A stretch of DNA of 58,862 nt, filler included, from Mitosporidium daphniae (GCF_000760515.2; 2 parts of 2 records of this genome joined end to end with filler, not necessarily neighbours in it), one strand, 5' to 3'; numbered from the whole stretch's first letter, positions 12,257 to 23,386 are shown. Translations and numbers: made by a program. The notes: generated by a model from the sequence alone, not told the origin.

Positions 12257-13422
12257 ATGCCAGCACTTGTCTGTCTAACTTGCAAGATCCCTCTTGAGGA
12301 CTCTGCGTTGTTAAAAGACCATTACCGAACAGAATGGCACAAATATAATTTGCATCGCAAAATATCCTCTCTTCCACCCTTGTCATCTGAAGAGTATCAC
12401 CAACGACTACAGGTTTCGCAGCTGTCTTCGTCGAGTCCTCCGGTTTCCAAAGGTGTTGCGTGCCAATTTTGCGAGTATCTTAATTTGCAGTTATTTTTAG
12501 ATGCTTATTCCCATCATCTAAAGGACTAAACAACCACTTACGAAGTGGAAAGCATGGCGAGATCATTGAGGCTGAACAAACTCCTTTTGAAAATGCCATC
12601 ATCAAGAAAATGGAATCATTATCCATCTCGACGTTTGAGCAACTCTTTGCAGAGTTTCCAGACATTACGGATACCGTAATGCAAGATCTTAGAGCTCAAT
12701 TTTCAAATCTTATTTTGCCTTCCGGCTGTTTGTTTTGTACATCGAGCTTCAAGGATGTCCGGGACAATTTGGATCATATGGTTGAAATGCATTGCTTTTT
12801 CATTCCCCAAGTAGAAAATATTTTCGATTTTGAGGGACTGGTGTCTCACTTGGCAGAGAAAATTAATTTCTACAGAACATGCCTGTGTTGCCACCCAGAA
12901 AAACGGTACAGATCCGTTGAAGCCCTGCGAAAGCACATGATTGACAAGGGCCATACAATGCTTGGAGACGATCTTGAGGACATTTCCCGGTTTTATGTAT
13001 TTGACGAGGATGAATTTGAAGACCTTGATGAAGAACTGGGCGANGAAAATGGCCAAAATCAGCTGCAATTGTTTGGAATTTCAAATGAGCTTGAGGAAAC
13101 GTATGGTTTTGGTTTGCCCTAATTTTTTAGGAAAGATGAGTATGAAATGGAATTGCCCTCTGGTCGCAGGGTTGGACATCGAAAATATCGTCGCTATTAT
13201 TCGCAATACCTACGAGATTCATCAGAAACATCTGAATCGGGCCAAATCGAGACTGCTCGAGGCCGTACTTTAGCGAAGGAATATAAGCCGCTCCCAATTG
13301 CATCGGACCAACAAAGCATAAAAGACCAGAGGAAATTTGTACAATCCCTCTCCAGGAAAATGCTAAAGGTATCCGTGAACCAGAACAAGTTCCAGCCATA
13401 TTTCCGGGAGCAGATTTTATAA
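12257..13422 (+). CDS. REI1: Pre-60S maturation zinc-finger protein REI1/REH1 (ZNF622), spliced
   Basis: CLTC..HYRTEWHKYNLHRK, CLFC..HMVEMHCFFIP, KHMIDKGH, ELPSGRRVGHR, and C-terminal YFREQIL. Two short introns (~12475-12500, ~13101-13130). Confidence 0.9.
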
Positions 13423-13462
13423 ATTTCAATTAAATTTTAATTTTGATTCCCGCAATCAAACC

Positions 13463-14176
13463 ATGGAGTTTCTGCTTGGTATCAGAGGCCGTGATTTCGT
13501 CTTACTGGCATCAGACCTCCTTTCCATTAGATCCATAATGGTTCTTTCGTCTGAAAAATCCAAATTTACCCCGCTCTCGCCAACCCTACTTCTTTCGTGC
13601 GTAGGAGAATCCGGAGAGGCCGATCGTCTCAAGGAGAGATTGGTTGCCGAGTCGAATCTAGCAGCCTTGCGTATGGGCGGTCGTCATTGGAACCCGTCCG
13701 AAGCAGCTCATATCAGTAGAACGATGATTTCAAAATCTCTTCGTACGCGATCTCCCTATGGTGTAAATTTACTGATTGCTGGAATTAATCTGGACGCCAA
13801 TGGTGATAAGAGTAATTGTGGCGATCTTTTTTGGCTGGACCATTTGGGATCGCTGCAGGCGCTTCCATTTGCTGTGCACGGATATGGCGCATATTTCTGT
13901 TTGGGGCTTTTAGATGCTCAATATTCTCCAGATCTTACGCCTTCTGACGCTATACGATTGGTTGCAAATATTGTACACGAATTGCAAACGAGATTCATTG
14001 TTCAAATGCCTAAACTAGAGCTACGCCTTGTTAATGCGTCTGGAACGCATTTGGTTTGCATTGAGGACTGGAGAGTTGCCCCGTCTTCATTTACATGGAA
14101 TATCTCTGGCCTGCTGCCAAGGTCCGATGTACAATTACAGCCGCCATCGGTCCCCCTTATGGAGGTTGATGAATAA
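13463..14176 (+). CDS. PRE1: 20S proteasome beta-4 subunit (PSMB2)
   Basis: MEFLLGIRGRDFVLLA, GESGE, SLRTRSPYGVNLLIAG, HGYGAYF, ELQTRF. C-terminal extension. Confidence 0.9.
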   Translation: MEFLLGIRGRDFVLLASDLLSIRSIMVLSSEKSKFTPLSPTLLLSCVGESGEADRLKERLVAESNLAALRMGGRHWNPSEAAHISRTMISKSLRTRSPYGVNLLIAGINLDANGDKSNCGDLFWLDHLGSLQALPFAVHGYGAYFCLGLLDAQYSPDLTPSDAIRLVANIVHELQTRFIVQMPKLELRLVNASGTHLVCIEDWRVAPSSFTWNISGLLPRSDVQLQPPSVPLMEVDE

Positions 14177-14407
14177 ACATCTTGATATTTGTTCCTTTTG
14201 TAGCAGCCTGGCCGTACAAGGCCAAGATAAAGTTAATTCAGGCGTGGGGCAATTAAGATTCCACCCAAAATTGAAGGGTACTTGGAGCCTTGGCTCTTGC
14301 AATTTTAAAATGCTTGCTATTTTTGGCAACATTGGTAACTTTTTCACAACTTACAGTGCGAGATAATTTTTCCCATTTGCGTATCTTGACATTTTAGCCT
14401 TATCCTG

Positions 14408-15865
14408 ATGTCTGCAGTCGAACATATCTCCGTTTCTCACCATAAATGTTTTGGAATAATTTCAAACAACGCAATTGAGTTCATAGTGTACGGCTCCTGT
14501 GCATTTTCAGCAATTTTTTCATCTGTCTTTATCAACTCTAGCATGGTTGAGCTCATCAAAAAAACAACTGGAGATAAAAACGCAGAAAAGTCTGCTTCAA
14601 CGGCGATTTTAATCGACGAATTCGTCTCATTGATAATGGGTATTCTTTGTACGTTTTTTTTGGACGCTTTAAACATCCATAATGTCCTCCTTATGGCCTT
14701 TATAATCACCACCATGTCATATATATCTTATTTTTTGATGTTGATACAGGAATCTAGAAAGCCTTCTAGCATCTATGTAATATACACAATACGTGCAATC
14801 TATTCTATTGGTAATACGCCAAGCCTTGCTTGTGTCTTCTCCACCCTTCACCATATCTTTGGAAAAGATACCGAAAAAATAGGCCGTGGGAGCGCTGTTT
14901 ATGGCTTTATTTGTATAGTTGCTGCTATTTCTTCTTCATTGGGCATGTCAAAGATAAATGACTTTTACGTTTCGTACGGCATTCTTGCAGTCTCACAGGC
15001 CATTCCTGTTTCACTTATTCTTTTGGCTTCCATGAAAAAAAAGCTAACAAATACAGCGTCAACTGAATCTATTTGCATCGCACTTAAAGAAAATGCCGAG
15101 TATTCAATGAATTTTTTTTTTCGAAAAGGATCCTTGACCAAGTATCTTGGGATATTTGCTTTAATATCATTGGCATGGGTCGCTAGGACAACCTCGCTTG
15201 CTCCATATGCATTTGTCAAGTTGTGCATTCCAAAGAACGTTTATTCAGCATTTATGAGGTTTCATGGAATTGGTCAAGTTGCTATGTCTTTTTGGTATTT
15301 TTTTTTCATGTGTGTAATTCAGGGATGTGTCTCGAAATTTCCATGCATCGCTAAAGAGGAGAGGCCTTTTATCCAATATATTTTCACTGGATTTCTTGGA
15401 CTCATCTTTGCCTTTATATCTTATTTATGCCTTCTCAGCGGCAAAAACAAATATGGTGACATGCCACTAATCGGGACTTTTGCCGGATCCGCTCAAGTAG
15501 CCATTACATTTTATCAAATGGCGTTTCTCTCAACTTTTATCAAAGATATGTCACAAAGTTTAGATGAACCTGCGCAGATCAACGGGATTCGCTCTGGAAT
15601 CGTTGGTATTACATCGCTTTTTGGATCCTTGAGCACTTTGATAATGTCTCTAATCACTCTTTTGACCGGAACAGAAGACTCCAAAACAGAAGCAGAAAAG
15701 AAAGAAAAGGGAACAAAAAACTCCGAGCCCAATAATTCCGCTACATCCTCTTTCTCTCTCAATCCGAAAAGCTTCTTTGTTATTGTGATCCCCGCAGTGC
15801 TTGCATTGGTGTCAGAGTTTCTCTACCAAGTTATCATGCTTCATTCAAGACAAAACAACATTTAA
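14408..15865 (+). CDS. Polytopic membrane protein, MFS-like transporter, divergent
   Basis: 485 aa, intronless, about 11-12 hydrophobic segments in two halves with a central hydrophilic loop. No family-specific motif recognised. Confidence 0.6.
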   Translation: MSAVEHISVSHHKCFGIISNNAIEFIVYGSCAFSAIFSSVFINSSMVELIKKTTGDKNAEKSASTAILIDEFVSLIMGILCTFFLDALNIHNVLLMAFIITTMSYISYFLMLIQESRKPSSIYVIYTIRAIYSIGNTPSLACVFSTLHHIFGKDTEKIGRGSAVYGFICIVAAISSSLGMSKINDFYVSYGILAVSQAIPVSLILLASMKKKLTNTASTESICIALKENAEYSMNFFFRKGSLTKYLGIFALISLAWVARTTSLAPYAFVKLCIPKNVYSAFMRFHGIGQVAMSFWYFFFMCVIQGCVSKFPCIAKEERPFIQYIFTGFLGLIFAFISYLCLLSGKNKYGDMPLIGTFAGSAQVAITFYQMAFLSTFIKDMSQSLDEPAQINGIRSGIVGITSLFGSLSTLIMSLITLLTGTEDSKTEAEKKEKGTKNSEPNNSATSSFSLNPKSFFVIVIPAVLALVSEFLYQVIMLHSRQNNI

Positions 15866-15962
15866 CGCTTATATCTATCATTATTCTGAGTATCCAATAA
15901 ATGCTATTTTCAGTTTAGAAATCATATAGCTTTTTAATTCGATTTTATCGAAAGTCAAGCGT

Positions 15963-16556
15963 TTATGTAGACCCTTTATTGGCTGTGCTGACCGCAGATG
16001 CAAGAGACAGAGACGCAGATATGGTACCAATTCCGGCAACGGCTGGCGAAGACAGGGCAAATCTATCCCACGACCAATTGAGTGCAAGGAGCATATCTGC
16101 AGCTGACTGGACGATTGCAAGGACTGGAGAGCGGCCCTGTTCCCAAAGACCAAGCAGTTCGCTTAGCTCCACAATCGAATATAGGGCCCATGCACGGCAG
16201 CTCCACTGCGAAATTTCCAGCTGATGCTTGGGGTTAATTGAGATTATCTCCTTGAAGGCAAGGAGGTAAAGCGCATCTAATGGGTAGTAAACGGCCATTG
16301 TGAGCGCTTTGATTAGTTCCCTTTTCTTTAAATTTGCTTGAAAAAGATCTTTGATGCTGAAGATGGAGCCGAAAATCCGAAGAACATATCTAGTTTCTGA
16401 AAGAACGTCTGCCAATTTAAGGAGGGGCAAAATTTCCCGACCCGTTAGTGCAGCGAAAAGTCGGATCGAATAGATGGCTGTGCGAAAGATTTTATCGATG
16501 CCGCCTGTCTGCTCGGTAAGCACCGCGAGTGTTGCAAGGGAAGTGCCGGTTGGCAT
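15963..16556 (-). CDS. PEX11: Peroxisomal membrane protein PEX11-like
   Basis: TEQTGGIDKIFRTAIY resembles the GRDK..R..QY motif. LSETRYVLRIFG, SQWSCRAW, ADMLLAL and AGIGTISA follow the Pex11 pattern. Confidence 0.75.
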   Translation of the reverse strand: MPTGTSLATLAVLTEQTGGIDKIFRTAIYSIRLFAALTGREILPLLKLADVLSETRYVLRIFGSIFSIKDLFQANLKKRELIKALTMAVYYPLDALYLLAFKEIISINPKHQLEISQWSCRAWALYSIVELSELLGLWEQGRSPVLAIVQSAADMLLALNWSWDRFALSSPAVAGIGTISASLSLASAVSTANKGST

Positions 16557-17125
16557 CAGCTATGGTTTGGCTAATCTGACCAACAAGCAAAGAAAGTATC
16601 TAGCGGTCACCTTATGAGCGCCTATACACCTGGGTTTAATAAACGCTCTCTGAGTTTAAATAGCAATTTTTATTGATCGACGCAATGATGGGAACAGATG
16701 TGGGATTAATCGACAAAATTGACTGGCCACCTATTGCTAAACTGCTTAGAAACCAATCGGGTTGGGGAGAAATTTTGCAGAAATTTCCGCCGTACCAAAC
16801 CCAGAGTTTAACGTCCTTCGCCTTCGGGATTCATTACCTTAATAACCGGGAATGCAATGGCCTTTGTTGTTTTGGATGCTCTTTTATTTGAGCGAAAATT
16901 TGATTGATCTCAACGCTTCATTCTTGATCTGTATAGCCTTGAAATTCGATGCAAAACAAGGTGTACAAATTTCTTGTCATAATTGCGATGGCATCTTCAC
17001 ATGCCCCCGTGTGTTGCACGAAAAGATACTTGCGCATCATCCAAGTAAACGCCTCTGGCTGTTTGGCGAGATCGACATAAATTTTAAACTTTTCACTTAA
17101 ATTTGAAACTTTGTACTACCTGAGC

Positions 17126-17388
17126 ATGGACAGAATCAGGGAATCGGGCCAATTTGCGCTTTACTAGTGGGATTGATATAACTGACGAATAGTTTGAAGC
17201 TACTTGTAGCGCCATTCTATGCAGTTGAGGACCAACCAAGAAGCTCCGGCGAACATGAGGGCTGGAGATCCTCTTCCAAAAGCGAACGGCTCGGCTCTAG
17301 CTCTGGTGTGGGCGCAAGGGTTCATGGGCTCAGAGACGTGAATACAGAAAGCCAGCCTTTATCATACTGCCGCACGTGCCCAAGTTAA
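17126..17388 (+). CDS. Small spliced protein, SelK/SelG-like (Cys form)
   Basis: Intron 17167-17192 (26 nt, CTGAC branch) gives MDRIRESGQFALYYLKLLVAPFYAVEDQPRSSG...GVGARVHGLRDVNTESQPLSYCRTCPS. Confidence 0.45.
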
Positions 17389-17503
17389 TAAAATTAGCAA
17401 CTTTAGAGTTTGGCGAACGGCAATCGGTTTTTTGGAGTTGCCGGTGGAAACACTTGAATGGCCACCGGCAAATGATAAATTTATTCTGCGTTTTTAATTG
17501 AGA

Positions 17504-18085
17504 ATGTCTGGTGATCCCAACCTCCGTCGGGTGGAGCCACGGAAAACTCACTATACCACATTGGGTGTGTCTCCATCAGCCACCATTGCGGAAATCCGAC
17601 GCGCGTATTTATTGATGCAGTGACTCCCCCTAGGTACAAGACATTGGCATTGCAATGGCACCCAGACAAACAGGAGCCTGGAGCGAGCGATCAAATGTTC
17701 AAGCAGAGCACAGAGGCCTATTCCATTCTCTCTGATGGTATGGCGTTCCATATCTTTTGTGATAGAGGAAAAACGGCGAGCATACGATGAAACACTGCGC
17801 CAACCTACCGTAAGATTGCCACCCTCCAGCTGGACGCGCCACCATCATCAACCATCACATTTTTCTTCTGTGCACAGTCGCTTGTTTTCAGATTTTTTCT
17901 CATTCGAAGATATCTTTGGGGAATTCTTTCACATGCGAGGACGCGCGCCATTCCCATTTCAAAGAGCCGCCAGACCTCACCCTGTTTCGAAGCAGATCAT
18001 CTGTGATCTTACCACTGACGAAAATGGGCGCTACTATGTCCAGGTTCATTGGTCGGATGGCAGCATCACATACGAGCGCCTCTGA
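17504..18085 (+). CDS. DnaJ-domain co-chaperone, spliced
   Basis: THYTTLGVSPSATIAEIRRA/YKTLALQWHPDK...EAYSILSD/EEKRRAYD after removing two ~28-nt introns. F-rich region follows. Confidence 0.9.
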
Positions 18086-18153
18086 GTGAACCCTCTAGCT
18101 TTGCTCTGTAGCGACTCTTAATGGTGTTATGATTGATTGTATATTGTGGCAGA

Positions 18154-18578
18154 CTAGTCTCGTTTATTATGAGAATGTGAGATGGCTTCGCGTATCGCTG
18201 TCACCCACACATCTCTTACACGCGTTTTCTCCAGACCGAGGCGATGGAAATAAAGTCCTATAATCTGCCCTATGCCACGGTATTACAGAAGTATTTCGCA
18301 CCTGTTCGCCCTTCGCTGTAAACAAGGAAATTTTCATCTTGCACGGTCAATGTCTGTGTTCTGGTTATTCTTCCAATCATGTTGGTCCACGCTCTTCTAT
18401 TCATAAGAATATATCCATGATCTCCGCTCACACGTTCATATACAAAGAGCGGGCCTTCGTAGTTCAGACTGGTCCATTCGCCTGCTTCAAATGAGTGGGC
18501 GGAAACATGCTCGCTCATGGCCACGATTCGTTTAGCCCCAGCGTCATAGCGCTGTAGGACACGTAGGTTGAGGTCCAT
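18154..18578 (-). CDS. DCP1: mRNA decapping activator DCP1 (EVH1 domain only)
   Basis: LNLRVLQRYD, W..LNYEGPLFVYER, ILMNR. One intron then GQIIGLYFH...; stop at 18154. Confidence 0.85.
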
Positions 18579-18707
18579 ACACTGCACTTACTAACAGTTG
18601 TAAAATTAAAGAATGGCAAATTTTGGGATTTTAAATGCTCGGCAAATTTTGAGATTTTAGCTGCTCAGCAAATTCTAGCTCTGTCAATAAAATTTGATTT
18701 TTCTTCC

Positions 18708-20195
18708 ATGACAATGGAAGAAAAAGAGGGGGGCCAAGAGACCATTGCACTAGGCGATGCCAAGCCAGAACTTGTTCACGCATGTGACGAGATCACAAAT
18801 AAGAACATCCCTTTACATGCAATTGAACAGAGGATAACAGGCATCGATACTGAAGACAAACTTCGCAAGGCAGTGGAGATTAGACGAGCCCTCCTTGGCG
18901 TTGTGGACATTCCGTGGGCTTCTGACATGCACTATTCTTCTGTTTATGGACGATGCTGTGAAAATGTGATCGGATACGTACCGCTACCGGTTGGTGCTGT
19001 CACTGGGGCAATCATTGATGGCAAGGAGTTTACAATTCCCATGGCCACAACAGAAGGGGCCTTGGTGGCATCCACACAACGCGGCTTCAAGGCAATCATG
19101 AAGGCTGGCGGCACTGGCGTGCAAACTTATGTTCACGCAGATGGGATGACCCGTGCACCTATCGTCCATTTTGAAGAGTTGTCTGATGCAATTGCTTTGA
19201 AGAGCTGGATTGCGATGCAGGAAAATTTTGCTCTCATTGAGAGTACGTTCAATGCAACCTCCTCCTATGCCAAACTCGCCAAGGTAAGCATTTGCCATCA
19301 AGCCTGTTTTGTCCTCGTCGATTTCCTTTGCATTCGTGCATGTCTTTGATACTGCATTTCCTGACCATAGATCGACGCTACAATTTGTGGGACGGACCTT
19401 TTCCTCCGCTTCAAAGCCACCACTGGCGATGCGATGGGTATGAACATGCTTTCGAAGGGCTGCGAACAAGTCCTTATCACTCTGAAAGAAAAGTTCCCAA
19501 AAATGAAAATCATCTCGCTTTCCGGAAATTACTGCACAGACAAGAAGGCAGCGGCGTTGAATTGGATCGATGGCCGTGGTAAATCGGTCGTCGCACTGGC
19601 AACAATTCCTGCATCGGTTGTCGAAACCGTGTTGCATGTCGATGTGGCAGACTTGGTCGATGCGTCTATCAAAAAAAACTTCAAGGTTAGTCTGATTCCT
19701 CATCATCGCTTTCACACTCCCCTGATAACACCATTTGCTTTTAATACCAAATTTCCATCTTCTACAAATTGCTGACATACGCAGGGCTCGGCATTGGCAG
19801 GTGCAATGGGAGGTTTTAATGCTCAGGCAGCCAACATTGTCAGTGCCATTTTCATAGCGACAGGACAGGATCCGGCCCAGGCAGTGGTTTCCTCATCCTG
19901 CCTTACGGAAATGGAGAAGCTTCCCAATGGCTCACTAAAGATTTGCTGCACCATGCCTTCCTTGGAGGTTGGGACAATAGGCGGCGGCACTCATCTTCGT
20001 CCACAACAAGCTGCACTTGAAATGATGGGGATAGCGGGTCCAACGCCGCAGCATCTCTCATACGGAGAAAATGCTCGCAGCCTTGCAAAAATAATTTGTG
20101 CAACCGTTTTGGCTGCAGAACTTTCCCTCATGGCATCGCTCATACAGGGTACCCTCACGGAGGCTCATTTGGCGCTCAACAGGTCCAAAGCATAA
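18708..20195 (+). CDS. HMG1: Class I HMG-CoA reductase, catalytic domain only
   Basis: [51 protein letters not shown]. Introns 19284-19370 and 19686-19784; about 433 aa. Confidence 0.95.
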
Positions 20196-20344
20196 ATCCC
20201 TTGCCTCTCTCCCATTGAAAACGTGGCATTTAAAATTTAATTTGATAAATTTATTTCCCAATTAGTGCGCAGATCACACATCTGCCTATTGATTTAGAAG
20301 GTTTGATTTGTCGATGATGCCATTTCGATCGCTGCAATTTTCCG

Positions 20345-21514
20345 ATGCCAATTGCCAGCGACAATGACGTTGTTATTTGTGGAGCCGTGAGAACGCCGCT
20401 TCAGCGAGCATACAAGGGAAAATTTAAAGAGCTCCACCCAGAGGATTTGCTTGCTGCTGCTCTTAAGGGGCTCGTGCGGAAAACAGGGATCAATCCGAAC
20501 GCTATCCAGGACATCGCCGTAGGTACTGTGCTTACACCAGGGGGCGGTGCAACTGCAGCACGTATGGCAGCATTTTCCGCCGGCTTCCCGGAAACATGCA
20601 GCATTATGACGGTCAATAGACAGTGTTCTTCTGGACTTCAGGCGATCGCTGCAATTGCGTCTTCCATCACCAGTGGCCAGATTGACATTGGGATTGGCGC
20701 AGGCATGGAATCGATGAGCAGAAACTATGGCGATTTTTCTTCGCTTTCCTTCTCCACAGACGTGATGAATAGCTGCGATCAGGCCTCTGATTGCTTGATG
20801 CCGATGGGCGAAACTGCAGAGATTGTTGCAGAAAGCTTTGGCGTCGATAGGCAAGCTCAGGATCGGTTTTCGCTCTGTTCACACCAAAAGGCAGCCCGTG
20901 CGCAACAACAAGGGCTTTTTGCAGAAGAGATCATACCCATCGACAATGTCACGGATGATGACGGGATCCGTCTGCAGGCAACGATCGAATCGCTCTCTGC
21001 ATTGAAACCGGCATTCAGGCCTCCGCCTTTGGGCACAGCAACAGCAGGAAATTCATCCCAGATCACAGATGGTGCGGCAGCGGTACTTTTGGCGCGTCGC
21101 TCGACTGCTCGCGCACTAGGCCTTGTCATTTTGGCACGCTTTTGTTCGTACGCAGTCGTGGGCGTCCCTCCACGAGTGATGGGCGTCGGACCAGCGTACG
21201 CAATTCCGGTTGCCGTTAAGCGGGCCTCGCTAACGCTACAAGATATCGGAATCTTTGAAATCAATGAGGCATTTGCCTCTCAGATCCTCTACTGCATCCG
21301 CGAGCTCAAGATAGACCCAGAGAGAGTAAACCCAAAAGGTGGGGCTATCGCATTTGGCCACCCATTGGGCGCAACGGGCGCACGCCAAATGGCAACATTG
21401 CTGCCAGAAATGCGGCGCCAAGGCGCACGCTATGGCGTAATTAGCATGTGCATAGGCACGGGCATGGGTGCAGCCGCGGTTATTGCTCTCGAGCCTGCCA
21501 CATCGCGTCTTTGA
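20345..21514 (+). CDS. POT1: 3-ketoacyl-CoA thiolase (peroxisomal type) with C-terminal SRL
   Basis: VNRQCSSGL, GMESMS, EINEAFASQ, GHPLGATG, MCIGTGMG. Ends ATSRL*. Confidence 0.92.
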   Translation: MPIASDNDVVICGAVRTPLQRAYKGKFKELHPEDLLAAALKGLVRKTGINPNAIQDIAVGTVLTPGGGATAARMAAFSAGFPETCSIMTVNRQCSSGLQAIAAIASSITSGQIDIGIGAGMESMSRNYGDFSSLSFSTDVMNSCDQASDCLMPMGETAEIVAESFGVDRQAQDRFSLCSHQKAARAQQQGLFAEEIIPIDNVTDDDGIRLQATIESLSALKPAFRPPPLGTATAGNSSQITDGAAAVLLARRSTARALGLVILARFCSYAVVGVPPRVMGVGPAYAIPVAVKRASLTLQDIGIFEINEAFASQILYCIRELKIDPERVNPKGGAIAFGHPLGATGARQMATLLPEMRRQGARYGVISMCIGTGMGAAAVIALEPATSRL

Positions 21515-21573
21515 AAATAAATTCATATGTCACTTTTGCCATTGCAAGCGTGTGTGTTAGTTTATTTGCGATA

Positions 21574-23261
21574 TCAAGCCCTGGCAAGTGCAGCCTCGAG
21601 CATGCCAAGAGAGTCCGAGAAAGTGGGGAAAGCAGAAAGGTCCTCGCCAGCAGCAGCGAGAGTAGGCAACATGCGTCCTTTTCCAAGCAACCGGTCGCGA
21701 AATTGTCGGAGATCGGCTAAAGAAAAGGCGTCAATTGAGTGGAGAAGACCATCAGGAAAGTGCGTTTCTGGGGAAAGCGTCATACGCGCCCTGAGGAGTG
21801 CCTCAAGATGGGCAAGTCTCGACTCAATACCCATTAATAGCATCGATTTCAATCGGTTCTTTGATCGGCGCCATTGGACGTCATCAACGGCACAATGAAG
21901 GCGCACAAGCTGGCGGATGGCGATTTCCACAGCGGCAGGCTCCCAGCGCTGCTCAACGGCTAGATATATGCCGAGCCAACCAGCAGTGCTGTGCGACTGG
22001 AACATGCAATGTGCATCCTCAATCCATGCATAGCGATTAAGCAGCTCGCAGTAAAGGCGCGAATAGAGACCTTTTCCGGGGCCTCCAGCAGAAAAGGCAG
22101 AGCCGCCGCCAAGCATTGCAGCTGTAAGGGCTTGTGGGACTGTTGCCTGGCGGATGCAGGAAGATGGGCCTGTGGGCCAGCCGATGATAAAGTGTGTTTT
22201 GCCGTGCCAGCGATTGGCCGAGGCAAGTGCAAAGCTCTCCCCAAAACACGAATCCTCAATAAATAACGGTCCAGAGCCAACAGATTCAATTGGGGCAACA
22301 GGATGTTCCTTCCCACCAAGAACAACCTCAAGACCGCCAGAGCGTTCGCTCAGCATCTGCGCAAAGTCATCTGCGGAGAAATGGCCGCCGGAGAGCCCGA
22401 CAACCATTCCTGTCGTTGCCTTGGCACAAAAGCTTCCATAAGATTGTGTGGCCGCTTCACCTTGTGCCAAGATTGAATTTCCCAATCTAAATGTTAAAAC
22501 CGGATTGAAAGGGCATGCAAGTGGGCGTAAACAACGGAAATGACAAATTTACCACGTAAAGGGAGGAAAAAGAACAAAAACCATCCTACTAACCCCTTTG
22601 CAGAGAACATCTGCAAGTAGAGCAGCTCCTGCATAAAGACGTCCGGTGTTTCCTCAACCATTCGCCGCATTTCGATGTCGCGCGTTTCGGTCAAAAGCTT
22701 CTGATCTGCCGTTGAAGGTTCGAGAGCCGGAAAAAGGACGGCCTCCATGAGCGCATCGAGAGCCTCAGGAAGCTTTTCAGGTGCAACGAGGCAGCCCATG
22801 AAGAGCCCGTCACGCGATGGCACCACATGGAGTGACGAAGCAAGAGCAAGAGAACACCGATTGTTCCACTCAGTAGCTCCCGATTTAGCTGTGCATGTTT
22901 GTGCTAGGCGGGCAAACAGTGCAGAGTAGCCAGCCTCGCCAGGCCGCTCGCTTGCCACAGAACATCCAGGCAACCAGACACCCAGTGTACAGAATTGCCA
23001 TTTACTGCCGTCGACCACTGCTTTGATACGTCTTTCAGACTTGCTAGCAAGAGGGGCGGGGCTACTTCCAGCCATGGGCATTAGCCATGGCGAAGGGCTC
23101 CCAAAACCCTCCGCCTGGTAGAGGCTGGTGAGAAGTGGCAATTGGCCATGGCCAGAAGGCCGTAGCACACTCTCTGCATAATGGGGGAGTGCTTCTAGAC
23201 GCATAGGGCTGCCACGGCCAAAGGCAGCCAAGCCAAATAGCCGCCGAGCCAGGTAAATCAT
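21574..23261 (-). CDS. MAS2: Mitochondrial processing peptidase alpha subunit
   Basis: Glycine-rich loop GGGSAFSAGGPGKGLYSRLY, KNRLKSMLLMGIES, and an R-rich presequence. Intron 22487-22593 joins the two ORFs (KG/LGNSIL). Confidence 0.88.
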
Positions 23262-23386
23262 TTAAATAAAACCGGAAAATTTTGGAAACTCCCATTCAAT
23301 GCGCTACTTTACTAAGCATGACCGCCACTAAACTGGCTAAATTTAGTTGATGAAATTAGAAAAGATCAGAATTATCCATTTATTGA

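Noticed and set aside
16650..17080. Possible multi-exon minus-strand gene upstream of PEX11
   Set aside because: No consistent frame or recognisable protein could be assembled by eye.
18984..19778. 264-aa minus-strand ORF
   Set aside because: Antisense shadow of HMG-CoA reductase.
20184..20195. HMGR C-terminal SKA as a PTS1
   Set aside because: Terminal Ala is non-canonical, and NRS is the normal conserved end of HMGR.
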